Source: Candidatus Woesearchaeota archaeon (GTDB lineage Archaea; Nanobdellota; Nanobdellia; Woesearchaeales; ARS49). Taken from it: a DNA stretch of 64,000 nucleotides. This document shows positions 33,361 through 43,223 of this stretch, piece after piece. Position 1 is the stretch's first letter. The number at the start of each line of letters is the position of its first letter. The DNA is taken from positions 72,552 to 136,551 of the forward strand of contig JACQNC010000006.1 of assembly GCA_016203225.1 (NCBI GenBank). Direction: 5' to 3'. Both the position numbers and the translations under genes were made by a program. Under the pieces are notes generated by a model. The model did not search any database, was not told the origin of the DNA, and saw only the letters and a list, made by a program, of their open reading frames with translations.

Positions 33361-35744
33361 ACGAACCCAAACTCGCGGAAAAGGCATGGAGCAAGGACTT
33401 CGAGGCGAAGACCATCGCGGCTTGGCGCAAGGCGCCGTGGGCGTTCAATCCGAAGACCAAGAGACGCGTGTACAGCATCGACACGCCGCCGCCGTACGTC
33501 AACGCTCCCGTGCACATGGGCCACGCGAGCTCGTACAGCATGATGGACTTCTTCGCTCGCTACAAGCGCATGACCGGCCATGACGTCCTTTTCCCGCTCG
33601 GTCTTGACAGGAACGGGCTCCCGATCGAGGTGGCCGCAGAGAAGAAGTCAGGAAAGAAATTCAACATGCTGCCGCGCGAAGAATTCCTGAAACTCTGCAA
33701 GCAAGTGCTTGAGGAGGCGAGCGCGACAAGCGTAGACACATTCGCCAAACTCGGCATAAGCTTCAACTCGTGGAACGTCGGCACGAAACTCGGCGATATC
33801 TACCACACGGACTCTCCAGAGTACCGCGCGAGCACGCAAGCGACGTTCATCGACCTGTGGAAGAAAGGATTGATCTACGAGGCAGATCGCGTGAACAACT
33901 ACTGTCCCGGCTGCCAGACGACGATCGCGGACAGCGAGATCGATTACGAGGACATCCCGACGCTCTTCTCGGACATCAAATGGAAGATAAAGGAGACGAA
34001 TGAGGAGGTCGTGATAGGGACGACACGTCCCGAGTTCCTCGGCAGCTGCGCCATGGTCATCTACAACCCCGCAGACGACCGTTACAAGCACCTCGAGGGC
34101 AAGCACGCGATCATCCCCCTCTACAACCGAGTAGTGCCCATCAAGGCGCATCCGTACGCGCAGATGGACAAGGGCACGGGCCTCGTCATGATGTGCGCGT
34201 TCGGGGACCAGACAGACGTGCGGTTCTTCCGCGAACAGAACCTCGAACCACGGATCCTGATCGGGATCGACGGCAGGATGAACGAGCACGCAGGCAGCCT
34301 GAAAGGGCTCAAGGTCAAGCAGGGCCGAGAGAAGATCCTCGAAGAGCTCAAGGCAGCGAAGCTCGTCGCGAGCCAGCGCCAGATCACGCACCGCACGCCC
34401 ATCTGTTCGCGCAGCAGGGACCACATCGAGTTCATAGGAATGAAGGAATTCTATCTAAAACAGGTCGAGTTCAAGGACACTATGCTCGAGCTCGCGCAGA
34501 ACGTGAAGTTCTTCGCGCCCGAGAGCCGGCAGTTGTTGGTCGACTGGATAAACAGCGTCAGCATCGACTGGCCCATCTCGCGCAGGCGCTATTACGCGAC
34601 AGAAGTCCCGCTGTGGTATTGCAAGAAGTGCCGCGAGCCGATGCTTTCGAAACGCGGAACGTACGTGCAGCCCTGGAAAGACCCTGCGCCGGCGAAATCG
34701 TGCCCGAAATGCAAGTCATCCGAGTTCGAGGGCGAGACGCGCGTATTCGACACGTGGTTTGACAGCAGCATCTCGCCGTTGTACATCCTTGGCTGGGACC
34801 GCGAACAGGCGTTCTTCGAAACGCACAAGCCGTGCTCGTTGCGGCCGCAAGGCAAGGACATCGTGCGCACGTGGCTGTACTACACTCTGCTCAAGTGCTA
34901 CCTGCTCACTGACGAAGCTATCTTCGACTCAGTCTGGATCAACCACCACATCGTCGACGAGAAAGGCAACAAGATGTCGAAGAGCGTCGGCAACATCATC
35001 GACCCGCAAGAGGTCATCAAGCGCTACGGCGCGGAAGCGCTGCGCTTCTGGGTCGCTGCCGAGGGCAACATCACCCAGACAGACCTGCGATGCTCGTATC
35101 AACGCATCGAAGGCGCAGGAAAGACGCTCACGAAACTCTGGAATGTGGCACGCTTCGTGAGCATGTTCCCCGAACCGCAAGGACGCGCCGAGCTGAGCGA
35201 ACTCGACAAGTGGCTCCTGCACGAGATCAACGAGCTCGTCAAGCTGTGCAAAGAAAAGTACGACCAGTACGACTTCCACAATCCCATCGTTGCGCTCAGG
35301 AACTTCCTCTGGGAAACGTTCGCCTCGCACTACCTCGAACTGTGCAAGAACCGAGCCTACAACGAGAGCGGCGCGTTCTCGAAAGAGGCCCAGAACGGCG
35401 CATTGCAGACGCTCCACACCTGCCTCGACACGCTTCTCAGACTGTTCGCGCCAGTCATCCCCATCATCACGAGCCAGATCTACGAAGCGTTGTGGAAGAA
35501 AGACGTCCACCAAGAGTCTTTCCCCGACGTGAAAGAGGACCGTCGCGTGCCGTTCACCAAGGAAGGACTATTCGAGATCAACAGCGCGGTCTGGAAGGCG
35601 AAGAAGGACAAAGGTCTCACGCTCAAGGCAGAGATCGCCGAACTCGTCATCCCCCTGCAGTTCAAACCCATCGAGCACGACCTCAAAATCGCGCACAACG
35701 CGAAGAAAGTGGGCTACGCGGACAAGATTGAAGTTAAGCTCTGA
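33357..35744 (+). CDS. valS: valyl-tRNA synthetase
   Basis: Class Ia with PPPYVNAPVHMGHA (HIGH), DTWFDSS and KMSKSVGN. 795 aa. Confidence 0.8.
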   Translation: MNEPKLAEKAWSKDFEAKTIAAWRKAPWAFNPKTKRRVYSIDTPPPYVNAPVHMGHASSYSMMDFFARYKRMTGHDVLFPLGLDRNGLPIEVAAEKKSGKKFNMLPREEFLKLCKQVLEEASATSVDTFAKLGISFNSWNVGTKLGDIYHTDSPEYRASTQATFIDLWKKGLIYEADRVNNYCPGCQTTIADSEIDYEDIPTLFSDIKWKIKETNEEVVIGTTRPEFLGSCAMVIYNPADDRYKHLEGKHAIIPLYNRVVPIKAHPYAQMDKGTGLVMMCAFGDQTDVRFFREQNLEPRILIGIDGRMNEHAGSLKGLKVKQGREKILEELKAAKLVASQRQITHRTPICSRSRDHIEFIGMKEFYLKQVEFKDTMLELAQNVKFFAPESRQLLVDWINSVSIDWPISRRRYYATEVPLWYCKKCREPMLSKRGTYVQPWKDPAPAKSCPKCKSSEFEGETRVFDTWFDSSISPLYILGWDREQAFFETHKPCSLRPQGKDIVRTWLYYTLLKCYLLTDEAIFDSVWINHHIVDEKGNKMSKSVGNIIDPQEVIKRYGAEALRFWVAAEGNITQTDLRCSYQRIEGAGKTLTKLWNVARFVSMFPEPQGRAELSELDKWLLHEINELVKLCKEKYDQYDFHNPIVALRNFLWETFASHYLELCKNRAYNESGAFSKEAQNGALQTLHTCLDTLLRLFAPVIPIITSQIYEALWKKDVHQESFPDVKEDRRVPFTKEGLFEINSAVWKAKKDKGLTLKAEIAELVIPLQFKPIEHDLKIAHNAKKVGYADKIEVKL

Positions 35745-36186
35745 TTGGACGTTCTCGTCTCAAGAAATCCCCGATATCGAACATGTTCTTTACGTCGTCC
35801 TTCTGGAACTCGCCGAAACCGAGGCATTCATCGTTGAGCATGACGAGCACCCAGTCGCCTGGTTGAGGATCGTTCTCGGTCTTCGTGATGCTCGCGGTGA
35901 TGACGTTCTTCTTGCACACGAACAGCCACGCTGCCTTGTCGGTCACGAACACCTTCTTGGTCTTCCTGCTCCTGGCCAACAGGTCTAGCAAAGCGACGCC
36001 GGGCACGACATAATCATTCCGCTTCCTGCCGAGGAACGCGCCGACGAACACGGGCTGGCGCGGCAAGTCCTTGCCAAGCTTGAACAATTGCTGCGGAACA
36101 AGATACCACTCGTCGCCGAGCTGATATGCGTCATCCTCCCGGATAAATTCCTCGTCGGTGAATCTGTCGATAAACGTCCAGATCAT
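35734..36186 (-). CDS. NIP7-like pre-PUA/PUA domain protein
   Basis: Trimmed to MIWTFIDRF, giving an ATGA overlap with the methyltransferase stop. The C-terminal PUA-like text is GDWVLVMLNDECLGFGEF. It occupies the usual archaeal position after the NSUN gene. Confidence 0.55.
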   Translation of the reverse strand: MIWTFIDRFTDEEFIREDDAYQLGDEWYLVPQQLFKLGKDLPRQPVFVGAFLGRKRNDYVVPGVALLDLLARSRKTKKVFVTDKAAWLFVCKKNVITASITKTENDPQPGDWVLVMLNDECLGFGEFQKDDVKNMFDIGDFLRRERPIRA

Positions 36187-37061
36187 GCCTTCACCAGCTT
36201 GGCGATGAAGAACCCTTCTGTCTGCGTCTTGGACGGCCAGAACCTGCGACAAAGCTGGACCTCGTTGGACAGTCGCTTGTCGAAAACGGTCGTCAGCCCC
36301 GGATTACCGATGGTCAGTCCGGTCTGGACGCAACGAACCTTGAACTTCCTGACCGCCCAGTCTATGATCAACTCGTCCTCCTCCGGCTCCAAAGAGCACG
36401 TGGAGTACACGAGCGCGCCGCCTGGCTTGAGCATGGTTATGGCGGCCGAGATGAGCTCCTTCTGCGTCGCATTGTTACGGACGAACTCCTTCTGCGAATG
36501 CTTGCCGAACCAGTCCTTCTCCTTGACATAGTTGCCCATGCACGGCGCGTCGAGAAGGATCTTATCGAACGTCAACGTCCACTCGACGAGCTTGCCCGCA
36601 TCCGTGTTGAACGCGATGCAGTTCGACACACCCAATCGTTCGAGGTTGTTCTTCAAACCTGGCAAGCGCCGATTGTTCTTCTCCACCGCGACAAGCTCGC
36701 CTTTGTTCTGCATCCACTGGCAGATCTGCGACGTCTTCACGCCAGGCGCTGCAGCCATGTCCAGCACGCGTTCGCCGGGCTTCGGATCGAGCACTTGCAC
36801 GGGAAGCTGTGCAGCTGCCTCCTGCGGCGTGAGGTATCCACGCAGATACTCTATCGACGCACCGAGAGAAAATGGCGTCTTCTCGACCCAGTAACCGTTT
36901 TTTGCGAAGGGAATCTTCTCCAGAACGACTCCTTTTGCTGCGAGACGTGAAAAGAGCTCAGGTTCAGAGCATCGCAGCGTGTTCACGCGGATGCTCGGCT
37001 TGAGAACGACAGGAACCGGCTTGTATCCGAGTTCATGATAGCGCTTCTCGAATACGCTCAT
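36183..37061 (-). CDS. NOL1/NOP2/Sun-family RNA cytosine-C5 methyltransferase
   Basis: The SAM motif is VLDMAAAPGVKT. The catalytic Cys motifs are DAPCMGN and STCSLEPEEDE. The start MSVFEK gives an ATGA overlap with the cysS stop. Confidence 0.85.
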   Translation of the reverse strand: MSVFEKRYHELGYKPVPVVLKPSIRVNTLRCSEPELFSRLAAKGVVLEKIPFAKNGYWVEKTPFSLGASIEYLRGYLTPQEAAAQLPVQVLDPKPGERVLDMAAAPGVKTSQICQWMQNKGELVAVEKNNRRLPGLKNNLERLGVSNCIAFNTDAGKLVEWTLTFDKILLDAPCMGNYVKEKDWFGKHSQKEFVRNNATQKELISAAITMLKPGGALVYSTCSLEPEEDELIIDWAVRKFKVRCVQTGLTIGNPGLTTVFDKRLSNEVQLCRRFWPSKTQTEGFFIAKLVKA

Positions 37062-38455
37062 ACGCGCTTCCAACGCTGGCCGTCAGGACCGTCCTCGACA
37101 TGGATGCCCTGCTTGAGCAGCTCCTTGCGCAATTCATCGGACCTCTTGAAGTCCTTCAACTTACGCGCAGCGGCGCGATCATCAAGCAACTGCTGCAGTC
37201 CAGGGGACAACGGCTGCGACTGGCTCGCTACGAGTTGCGCGATGCCCAGCCCGAGCACGCGGTCGAAGTCCTCCAACAACTGCAACCGTTCGTGCGTTCC
37301 GAGCGTCTCGTCCTTCACGACCGCCCACACTTCCGCCAACGCCACCGGCATGTTCAGGTCATCGTTGATCGCGTCCAGGAACGCCTCCTTGTGCTTCTCG
37401 AACGAAGCGCCCATCTTGGTAGTATGATTCTGCCTGAAATCCATTATCCTGTCACGGAGATTCCGCCACGCGTTCTTGGCAGCATCGAGCGCTTCCCACG
37501 AGAAGTTGAGCTTGCTCCGGTACTGCGCGCCAAGGCAGAAGTACCGGTAATCGAGCGCGTGATACCCCTTGTCGAGAAGCGCCTGGAGTGTGATGAAGTT
37601 CTCGCCTGACTTAGCCATCTTACCTTGGTCAATCACGAGGAACTCGCCGTGCATCCAATAGTTCACCCACTTCCTGCCGGTCACTGCCTCTGACTGCGCG
37701 ATCTCGTTCGTATGGTGCACGGGGATATGGTCGATGCCGCCGCAATGGATGTCGAACTTGTCGCCGAGATGAGTCATGCTCATTGCGCTGCACTCGATGT
37801 GCCAGCCCGGGAATCCTACGCCCCAGGGGCTTTCCCATTCCATCTGGCGTTTCGCACCGGTCGGCGAGAATTTCCACAGCGCGAAATCCGTCGGGTTACG
37901 CTTGCCCTCGACGAGCTCGACGCGCGCGCCCGCCTTCAGCCCTTCGATGTCCAGCTTCGCGAGTTTCCCGTACTTCTTGAACTTGCTAGTGTCATAATAG
38001 ACGCCATCGCCCGGGATGACATACGTGTACCTTTTCTTCTCTAGTTCCTGGACGAGCGCGATCTGCTCCTTGATGTGGTCTGTCGCCTTGCACCAGACGT
38101 TCGGCGGCAGGATGCTCAAACGTCCGAGATCCTTCTGGAAGGCCTTGGTGTAGAATTCGGCGAGCTGCCATGCGCTCTTGCCCTCGCGTTTCGAGGCGAG
38201 CTCCATCTTCTCCTCGCCAGTGTCAGCATCGGAGGTCAGGTGGCCTACGTCAGTGATGTTCATCACGTGCTGGACACTGAAGTCATTAACGAGCAAAACC
38301 CGCTTCAGGACGTCCTCGAAGATATACGTGCGCAGGTTGCCGATGTGCGCATAATTGTACACGGTAGGCCCGCACGTGTACAATTTGACTAACTTGTCAG
38401 TGATCGGCTTGAAGGACTCCTTCTTGCGCGATAGCGTGTTGAACAGCTTCAGCAT
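37058..38455 (-). CDS. cysS: cysteinyl-tRNA synthetase
   Basis: CGPTVYNYAHIGNLRTY (HIGH region) and KMAKSGENF. Confidence 0.9.
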   Translation of the reverse strand: MLKLFNTLSRKKESFKPITDKLVKLYTCGPTVYNYAHIGNLRTYIFEDVLKRVLLVNDFSVQHVMNITDVGHLTSDADTGEEKMELASKREGKSAWQLAEFYTKAFQKDLGRLSILPPNVWCKATDHIKEQIALVQELEKKRYTYVIPGDGVYYDTSKFKKYGKLAKLDIEGLKAGARVELVEGKRNPTDFALWKFSPTGAKRQMEWESPWGVGFPGWHIECSAMSMTHLGDKFDIHCGGIDHIPVHHTNEIAQSEAVTGRKWVNYWMHGEFLVIDQGKMAKSGENFITLQALLDKGYHALDYRYFCLGAQYRSKLNFSWEALDAAKNAWRNLRDRIMDFRQNHTTKMGASFEKHKEAFLDAINDDLNMPVALAEVWAVVKDETLGTHERLQLLEDFDRVLGLGIAQLVASQSQPLSPGLQQLLDDRAAARKLKDFKRSDELRKELLKQGIHVEDGPDGQRWKRV

Positions 38456-38487
38456 GGCAGAAGTACTCGGCAGACCGTTTAAAAAGG

Positions 38488-40245
38488 TTACTTCTTGCGC
38501 AAAGCCATCACCGATTGGATGGCCCGCTCGAGCGTCAGCCTACGGTCGTTCCGAGACACCCAGACGACGGCGCAGGCTAGCGCCACAGCCCAGACCAGTA
38601 GGACAAGGATGTCCAGCACATTCCAGCCGAACCCGACCCCATTGAAGAGAAGCGCGATACGCACCACTTCGCCGCCGATCACGACAGGATTGACGCCCGC
38701 GATCACTGACAACCAGCGCGGCAGCACGTCCAACGGCACGATGAAACCCGAAGCGAGCAACAAAGCAGCACCGACAAGCACGCCGGCGAGGATCGCGTTG
38801 AATTCCTGCGTGACCAAAGAACCGATGAGCATCCCGATGAGCACGAACAGCATAGAGATCGCCAACAGCGCAGGGACGAGCACGGGAAGGCCGAGCCAGA
38901 TCGGGAAGAAGAACGCCGCGACGACCAGCATGAGCAAGGCCTGCACGGCAAGCACGGCGACGCACGAGACGAGCACGCCCGCCATCCGGGACACGTCGCT
39001 CAACGGGACAAGCAATGCGCGGGTTCTCGCCGGCGAATTGCGCTCCGAAAGCATCAGGATGCATGGCAGCAGCAAGCCTGAGAAGAGCAACACGAGCATC
39101 ATGAGGAATGGGAACGCATAGTTAAGATAACTGGATTCTGCGCTGACAGGAGTGATCACCGTCCTGATCGGGGTCACGACCGCCTCGGGATCGACGACCG
39201 CAAGACCTGTGATCGCCTGGTGCATCTCATCAAGACCTTTCTGGATCTCGGCGATCGATACCAGCGAGGAATCGAGCTTGCCCTTCACGCCCTGCAGGTT
39301 CACGAGGCTCGCGTTGCGCGCGTCGACCAACGCGCCGAGCGTCTGTTTCGCGGCATCCAACCTGTCGAGCAGCACCTGGACCGTGCCGGTGAGATTGTTC
39401 GCCGCGACATCGTTCTTCGATAAGTTCGCGGCCGTGCGCAGATCATCCGCGGCGGATGTCGCGTTGGCTATGCCTGCCTTTGCCACCGATTTCTCCGAAC
39501 TCGTCATGCCGCTCGAGTTCACGTACCCGTCGAGCGCCTGGAGCTGGGATTTGAGCGCGTCCGCGATGATCAAGGAATCGTTCGCGAGCCTCTCCGCAAC
39601 TTCGGACAACCCTGCGCCGCGACCGAGCACGTCCTGGATACCGAGCTGGTTGATGTCAAGCGCCGCTTCGGGCGCTCCGAGTGTCCCGAGGACCTGGCTG
39701 ATCCCGAACCCAGCGTTGTTCACCGTAGTTGTCAGCGTCACGACCGTGCCCTTTCTTACGCTCACGCTGTTGCGCACCGTTGAAAGCGCGTCCATTATCG
39801 CACGAGTCAGGTTCTTGCTCACGTCCTGGGTGTAAGACTCTATCCGTGGCTCGATCGTCCCCAGGACGACGTTGACGAGCGTCGCACGCGAGGGGTCGAG
39901 GTAGAACGTGAGCTTGTTGTTCTCACCACCGAGCGCGAATCCGGCCGGGAAAACCAGACATGCATGCTGGTCCCCCAGACGCACCGCATCGACGCAGTCC
40001 TCCTCACGTTCATACTGCTCGACCTTGAACTGGCTCTCCTGCAACGTGCTCAAGACCGCGTTGCTCACGTCGGTGTACGCGGGCGACCAAGCGCCGACAC
40101 GGACGCGGTACACGCTCGTGGTGTCGAAAAGGAGCCCGGCGAAGAACAACAGCAAGAGCGGGATGGTGATGATTGCGATCGCGGTCGTCCGCGAGCGGAA
40201 AAGCATGCGCAGGTTGTTCTTCGCGAGGATCAGGACGGGATTCAT
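38488..40245 (-). CDS. ABC-2-type permease with a large extracytoplasmic helical domain (YhgE/Pip-like)
   Basis: Trimmed to MNPVLILAKNNLRMLF, giving an ATGA overlap with the ATPase stop. One N-terminal TM helix, about 350 aa of soluble helical region, then a C-terminal bundle of TM helices. Confidence 0.7.
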   Translation of the reverse strand: MNPVLILAKNNLRMLFRSRTTAIAIITIPLLLLFFAGLLFDTTSVYRVRVGAWSPAYTDVSNAVLSTLQESQFKVEQYEREEDCVDAVRLGDQHACLVFPAGFALGGENNKLTFYLDPSRATLVNVVLGTIEPRIESYTQDVSKNLTRAIMDALSTVRNSVSVRKGTVVTLTTTVNNAGFGISQVLGTLGAPEAALDINQLGIQDVLGRGAGLSEVAERLANDSLIIADALKSQLQALDGYVNSSGMTSSEKSVAKAGIANATSAADDLRTAANLSKNDVAANNLTGTVQVLLDRLDAAKQTLGALVDARNASLVNLQGVKGKLDSSLVSIAEIQKGLDEMHQAITGLAVVDPEAVVTPIRTVITPVSAESSYLNYAFPFLMMLVLLFSGLLLPCILMLSERNSPARTRALLVPLSDVSRMAGVLVSCVAVLAVQALLMLVVAAFFFPIWLGLPVLVPALLAISMLFVLIGMLIGSLVTQEFNAILAGVLVGAALLLASGFIVPLDVLPRWLSVIAGVNPVVIGGEVVRIALLFNGVGFGWNVLDILVLLVWAVALACAVVWVSRNDRRLTLERAIQSVMALRKK

Positions 40246-41342
40246 CGGAGCAACTCCTCGAAGAGTTCGCGCACCGTGGGCCTGCCCATCTCGAGCGCGG
40301 TGATCATATCCTTCCGCTGCCTGCAGAACTGCAGGATCATCTCTGCCGCAGCGGTCGGCTGTGCGGTCTGCAGACGCAGCGCGCCAGCCTCCTTCCATGT
40401 CTTGGCGATCGGGACGTCCTGCTGCTTCGCCAGGAACGCCGCGAGCTCGTCATAGCCGTGCGACGCGAGCTCCACCTTGATCTCATGATTCCGCGAATAG
40501 ATGACGCGCAGCTCGTCAGGCGTGCCCACTTCCGCGATGCGGCCGTTCCGAAGGATGCCGATGCGGTCGCACACCTGTTCGAGCTCGGTCAGGAAATGTG
40601 AAGCGATCACGATCGTCGTCCCCTTCCTGCGGATGGCGCCGAGAGTCTCCCAAAGCTGTTTCCTCAGGAGCACGTCGAGATCCGCGACCGGCTCGTCCAA
40701 GATAAGCACCTTTGGATCGTTCACGAGCGCGCATGCGAGATCAAGCCTTTTCTGCATGCCGCCGGAAAGTTCCTTGGCGAGCAGCGTACGGTTGTCGTGC
40801 AGCCCGACCAATTTCGCCAGCGACGCCGTCTGGAGATCCGCCTGGCGTTCGGTCTTCCCGTAAAGGAGCGAGAAATGACGGATGTTCTCCTCGACAGTGA
40901 GCTCAGGATAAAACGAGGGCGCCTGGGTGGAATAACCCATCACTGCCCTGAGGCCGGGATCCTTCGCGACACTGCGCATAGTCCCTGCCAGAAGCTGGAC
41001 GTCACCCGCGTCCGGCGCGAGAAGGCCGACGATCATGTTGAGCAATGTCGTCTTGCCGGATCCGCTCGCGCCGATGATGCCGAAGATCTCCCCTTCGTTG
41101 ATGTCCAAGGAGACCGCATCCAGAACCTTGCGGCCGTTGAGCGCCTTGGAGACGCTTTGGATGCGGAGAAGCGCTTTCCCGTGTGGTGAGGGGTGCTCTG
41201 CCAGCCCCTTCTGGAGGTACGCGGAAACGAGCTCCTTTGGCCAGCCTGCCTTCAGAAGCGTCTCCTGCAGATCGGCCTTCGGCATGCCTTTAGCGAGCGA
41301 TTGTGAGACGAACTTCTGTAAAGGCGGGCTCGCGGCAAGCAT
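40242..41342 (-). CDS. ABC transporter ATP-binding protein with a helical N-terminal module of about 50 aa
   Basis: Walker A GASGSGKTT, signature LSGGMQKR, Walker B LILDEP. The N-terminus is AKGMPKADLQETLLKAGWPKELVSAYL. Confidence 0.85.
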   Translation of the reverse strand: MLAASPPLQKFVSQSLAKGMPKADLQETLLKAGWPKELVSAYLQKGLAEHPSPHGKALLRIQSVSKALNGRKVLDAVSLDINEGEIFGIIGASGSGKTTLLNMIVGLLAPDAGDVQLLAGTMRSVAKDPGLRAVMGYSTQAPSFYPELTVEENIRHFSLLYGKTERQADLQTASLAKLVGLHDNRTLLAKELSGGMQKRLDLACALVNDPKVLILDEPVADLDVLLRKQLWETLGAIRRKGTTIVIASHFLTELEQVCDRIGILRNGRIAEVGTPDELRVIYSRNHEIKVELASHGYDELAAFLAKQQDVPIAKTWKEAGALRLQTAQPTAAAEMILQFCRQRKDMITALEMGRPTVRELFEELLR

Positions 41343-41449
41343 AGGCCAATCACAGCAAAAACGCTTTTTAAATTCATGTTACTATCCTTGAGAAGTCATT
41401 TTGCTGCAGATGCATAATGCATATATAACGGAAGCTCCACTGTGGCGCC

Positions 41450-41878
41450 ATGGACTGCGAACTCTGCGGCAAGCCAGCCACAAAAAAAGCTCTAGTGGAA
41501 GGCGTGAACCTGAACGTCTGCAACGCCTGCGTCAAGTTAGGTCAAGAAGTGCGGGCACCGTTGGTGCCTGTGAAGAAAACCGTCTCTGCCGAGCCATTGA
41601 TCGTCCAAGCCATCGTTCCAGACCCAGGCACACGGATCAAACAAGCTCGCGAGAAGTTCGGCCTGACCCAGAAGGATTTCGCGATAAAGATCAACGAGCA
41701 TCAGAGCGTCATCCACAAGCTCGAGACAGGCCACCTAGACCTCACACTAGACTTGGCGCGCAAACTCGAGAAAGCTCTCCACATAAAGCTCATCGAAGAA
41801 CGACAGGATGTCACGCTCTCGGCGCCTAAAACGAATAACGGTCCTGTGACAATCGGCGACCTGATACGGCTCAAATGA
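41450..41878 (+). CDS. mbf1: archaeal multiprotein bridging factor 1 (Zn-ribbon + HTH)
   Basis: CELCG...CNAC ribbon followed by an XRE-type HTH (GLTQKDFAIKINEHQSVIHKLETG). Confidence 0.85.
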   Translation: MDCELCGKPATKKALVEGVNLNVCNACVKLGQEVRAPLVPVKKTVSAEPLIVQAIVPDPGTRIKQAREKFGLTQKDFAIKINEHQSVIHKLETGHLDLTLDLARKLEKALHIKLIEERQDVTLSAPKTNNGPVTIGDLIRLK

Positions 41879-43219
41879 CTACGCGAGCTTGTTGCCCTGT
41901 TTATTGAGCAAGAACCATTCCATCGGAGCGCGGAATAGCGCCTTGAAGATGCCGACGTTCACGTAGTAAGTGACAAGAAGCCCGTACGTGAACGACGAGA
42001 GTATCATGGGCACGGTGAGCCTGAGCCGATTCGCCCGCGCAAGAGCGAAGAAACTCGTGACGACGAGCCCTGAAGTGAGCGCGATGTTCTTGAACGTCTC
42101 GGCCATGAAGAGAGGGATGTCGATCGGCGCAGGAGGGTTCGTTATGAAACTCAATATGCCCATCACGAAGAGCGCGGCGAGCAGCACCGAGAGGAAGTAA
42201 CCCGTGCAGAAAAGGATCCCCAAGATGGTCTTGTCCTTGATGCTCAAATGCTTGCTGGTGGCGATGCCGACGAAATGCTTCTTATACGCCGAGACCACGC
42301 CATACGCCCACCGCATCTGCTGCCGGTAAAGGTCACGGATGAGGAACGGCACCTCGCTATCGCATTCAAGGTCCTCTAGATACTCGATGCGGTAACCGTT
42401 CCGGATCAAGCGCATCGAGAACTCGATATCCTCTGTGAGCGCGCCCGATTCCCAACCGCCGAGCTTGACCAACACGTCCTTCTTGACAGCCTCCGCAGAA
42501 CCGCAGAAGAACCCTATGTTGGTGCTCCTGTTCATGAACGGGATCCCGACGTGATGGCACGTCGCGACGATGGTGGCGCCGAGCGCAGACACCAGGTTCT
42601 GGTTGGCGTTCAACAGGTTCCAACGCGCCTGCACCCCCGCGAGAGAGGGATCGCGCGCGAACGGTTGGACTATCCTGGCCAGGAAGTCCTGCTTAGGGAC
42701 GAAGTCCGAGTCGAAGATGACGATGTACTCGCCGCGAGAGTGTTGAAGCATGTTGTTCAGGTTGCCTGGCTTGAACCCTACGTTGCTGGCGCGCTTAAGC
42801 ACGCGCACCATCTCAGGATGGGCTGCAGCGAACTCGTTCAGCCGTGCAGAGACCTCCGGCATATTGCTGTCGTCGCCGATCAGGATCTCGTACTTCTCCT
42901 TCGGATAATCGAACGCGAGACAGTGCTCAGCGCAGCGCAGCGCGACCAACTCGTTCCTGGTCGGGATCTGGACAGTGACGAACGGCAGTTCTCCCATTAC
43001 AGGCGTCTCCTTCCTCTTCCCTCTGCCCTTGAGAAGGACATACGCACACATCATGTAATACAAGAGCGAGACAAGGACCGCGATCCACAGGATAGTCTGG
43101 AACGTCCCTTGGAAGATCACGTGGAGGAAATCTAGGACAGGACGTCCGAACGCAGCGTACTGCTGGAAAACGGGCTCCAGCACTGCCGCGATCGGTGCGA
43201 TGATGGTGAACAGGTCCAT
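41879..43219 (-). CDS. membrane-integrated processive family-2 glycosyltransferase
   Basis: The motifs QIPTRNE, IGDDS, FDSDF, TEDIEFS and QQMRWAYG give the D, D, D, Q-x-x-RW pattern. TM helices lie at both ends. Confidence 0.8.
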   Translation of the reverse strand: MDLFTIIAPIAAVLEPVFQQYAAFGRPVLDFLHVIFQGTFQTILWIAVLVSLLYYMMCAYVLLKGRGKRKETPVMGELPFVTVQIPTRNELVALRCAEHCLAFDYPKEKYEILIGDDSNMPEVSARLNEFAAAHPEMVRVLKRASNVGFKPGNLNNMLQHSRGEYIVIFDSDFVPKQDFLARIVQPFARDPSLAGVQARWNLLNANQNLVSALGATIVATCHHVGIPFMNRSTNIGFFCGSAEAVKKDVLVKLGGWESGALTEDIEFSMRLIRNGYRIEYLEDLECDSEVPFLIRDLYRQQMRWAYGVVSAYKKHFVGIATSKHLSIKDKTILGILFCTGYFLSVLLAALFVMGILSFITNPPAPIDIPLFMAETFKNIALTSGLVVTSFFALARANRLRLTVPMILSSFTYGLLVTYYVNVGIFKALFRAPMEWFLLNKQGNKLA

Positions 43220-43223
43220 TGCG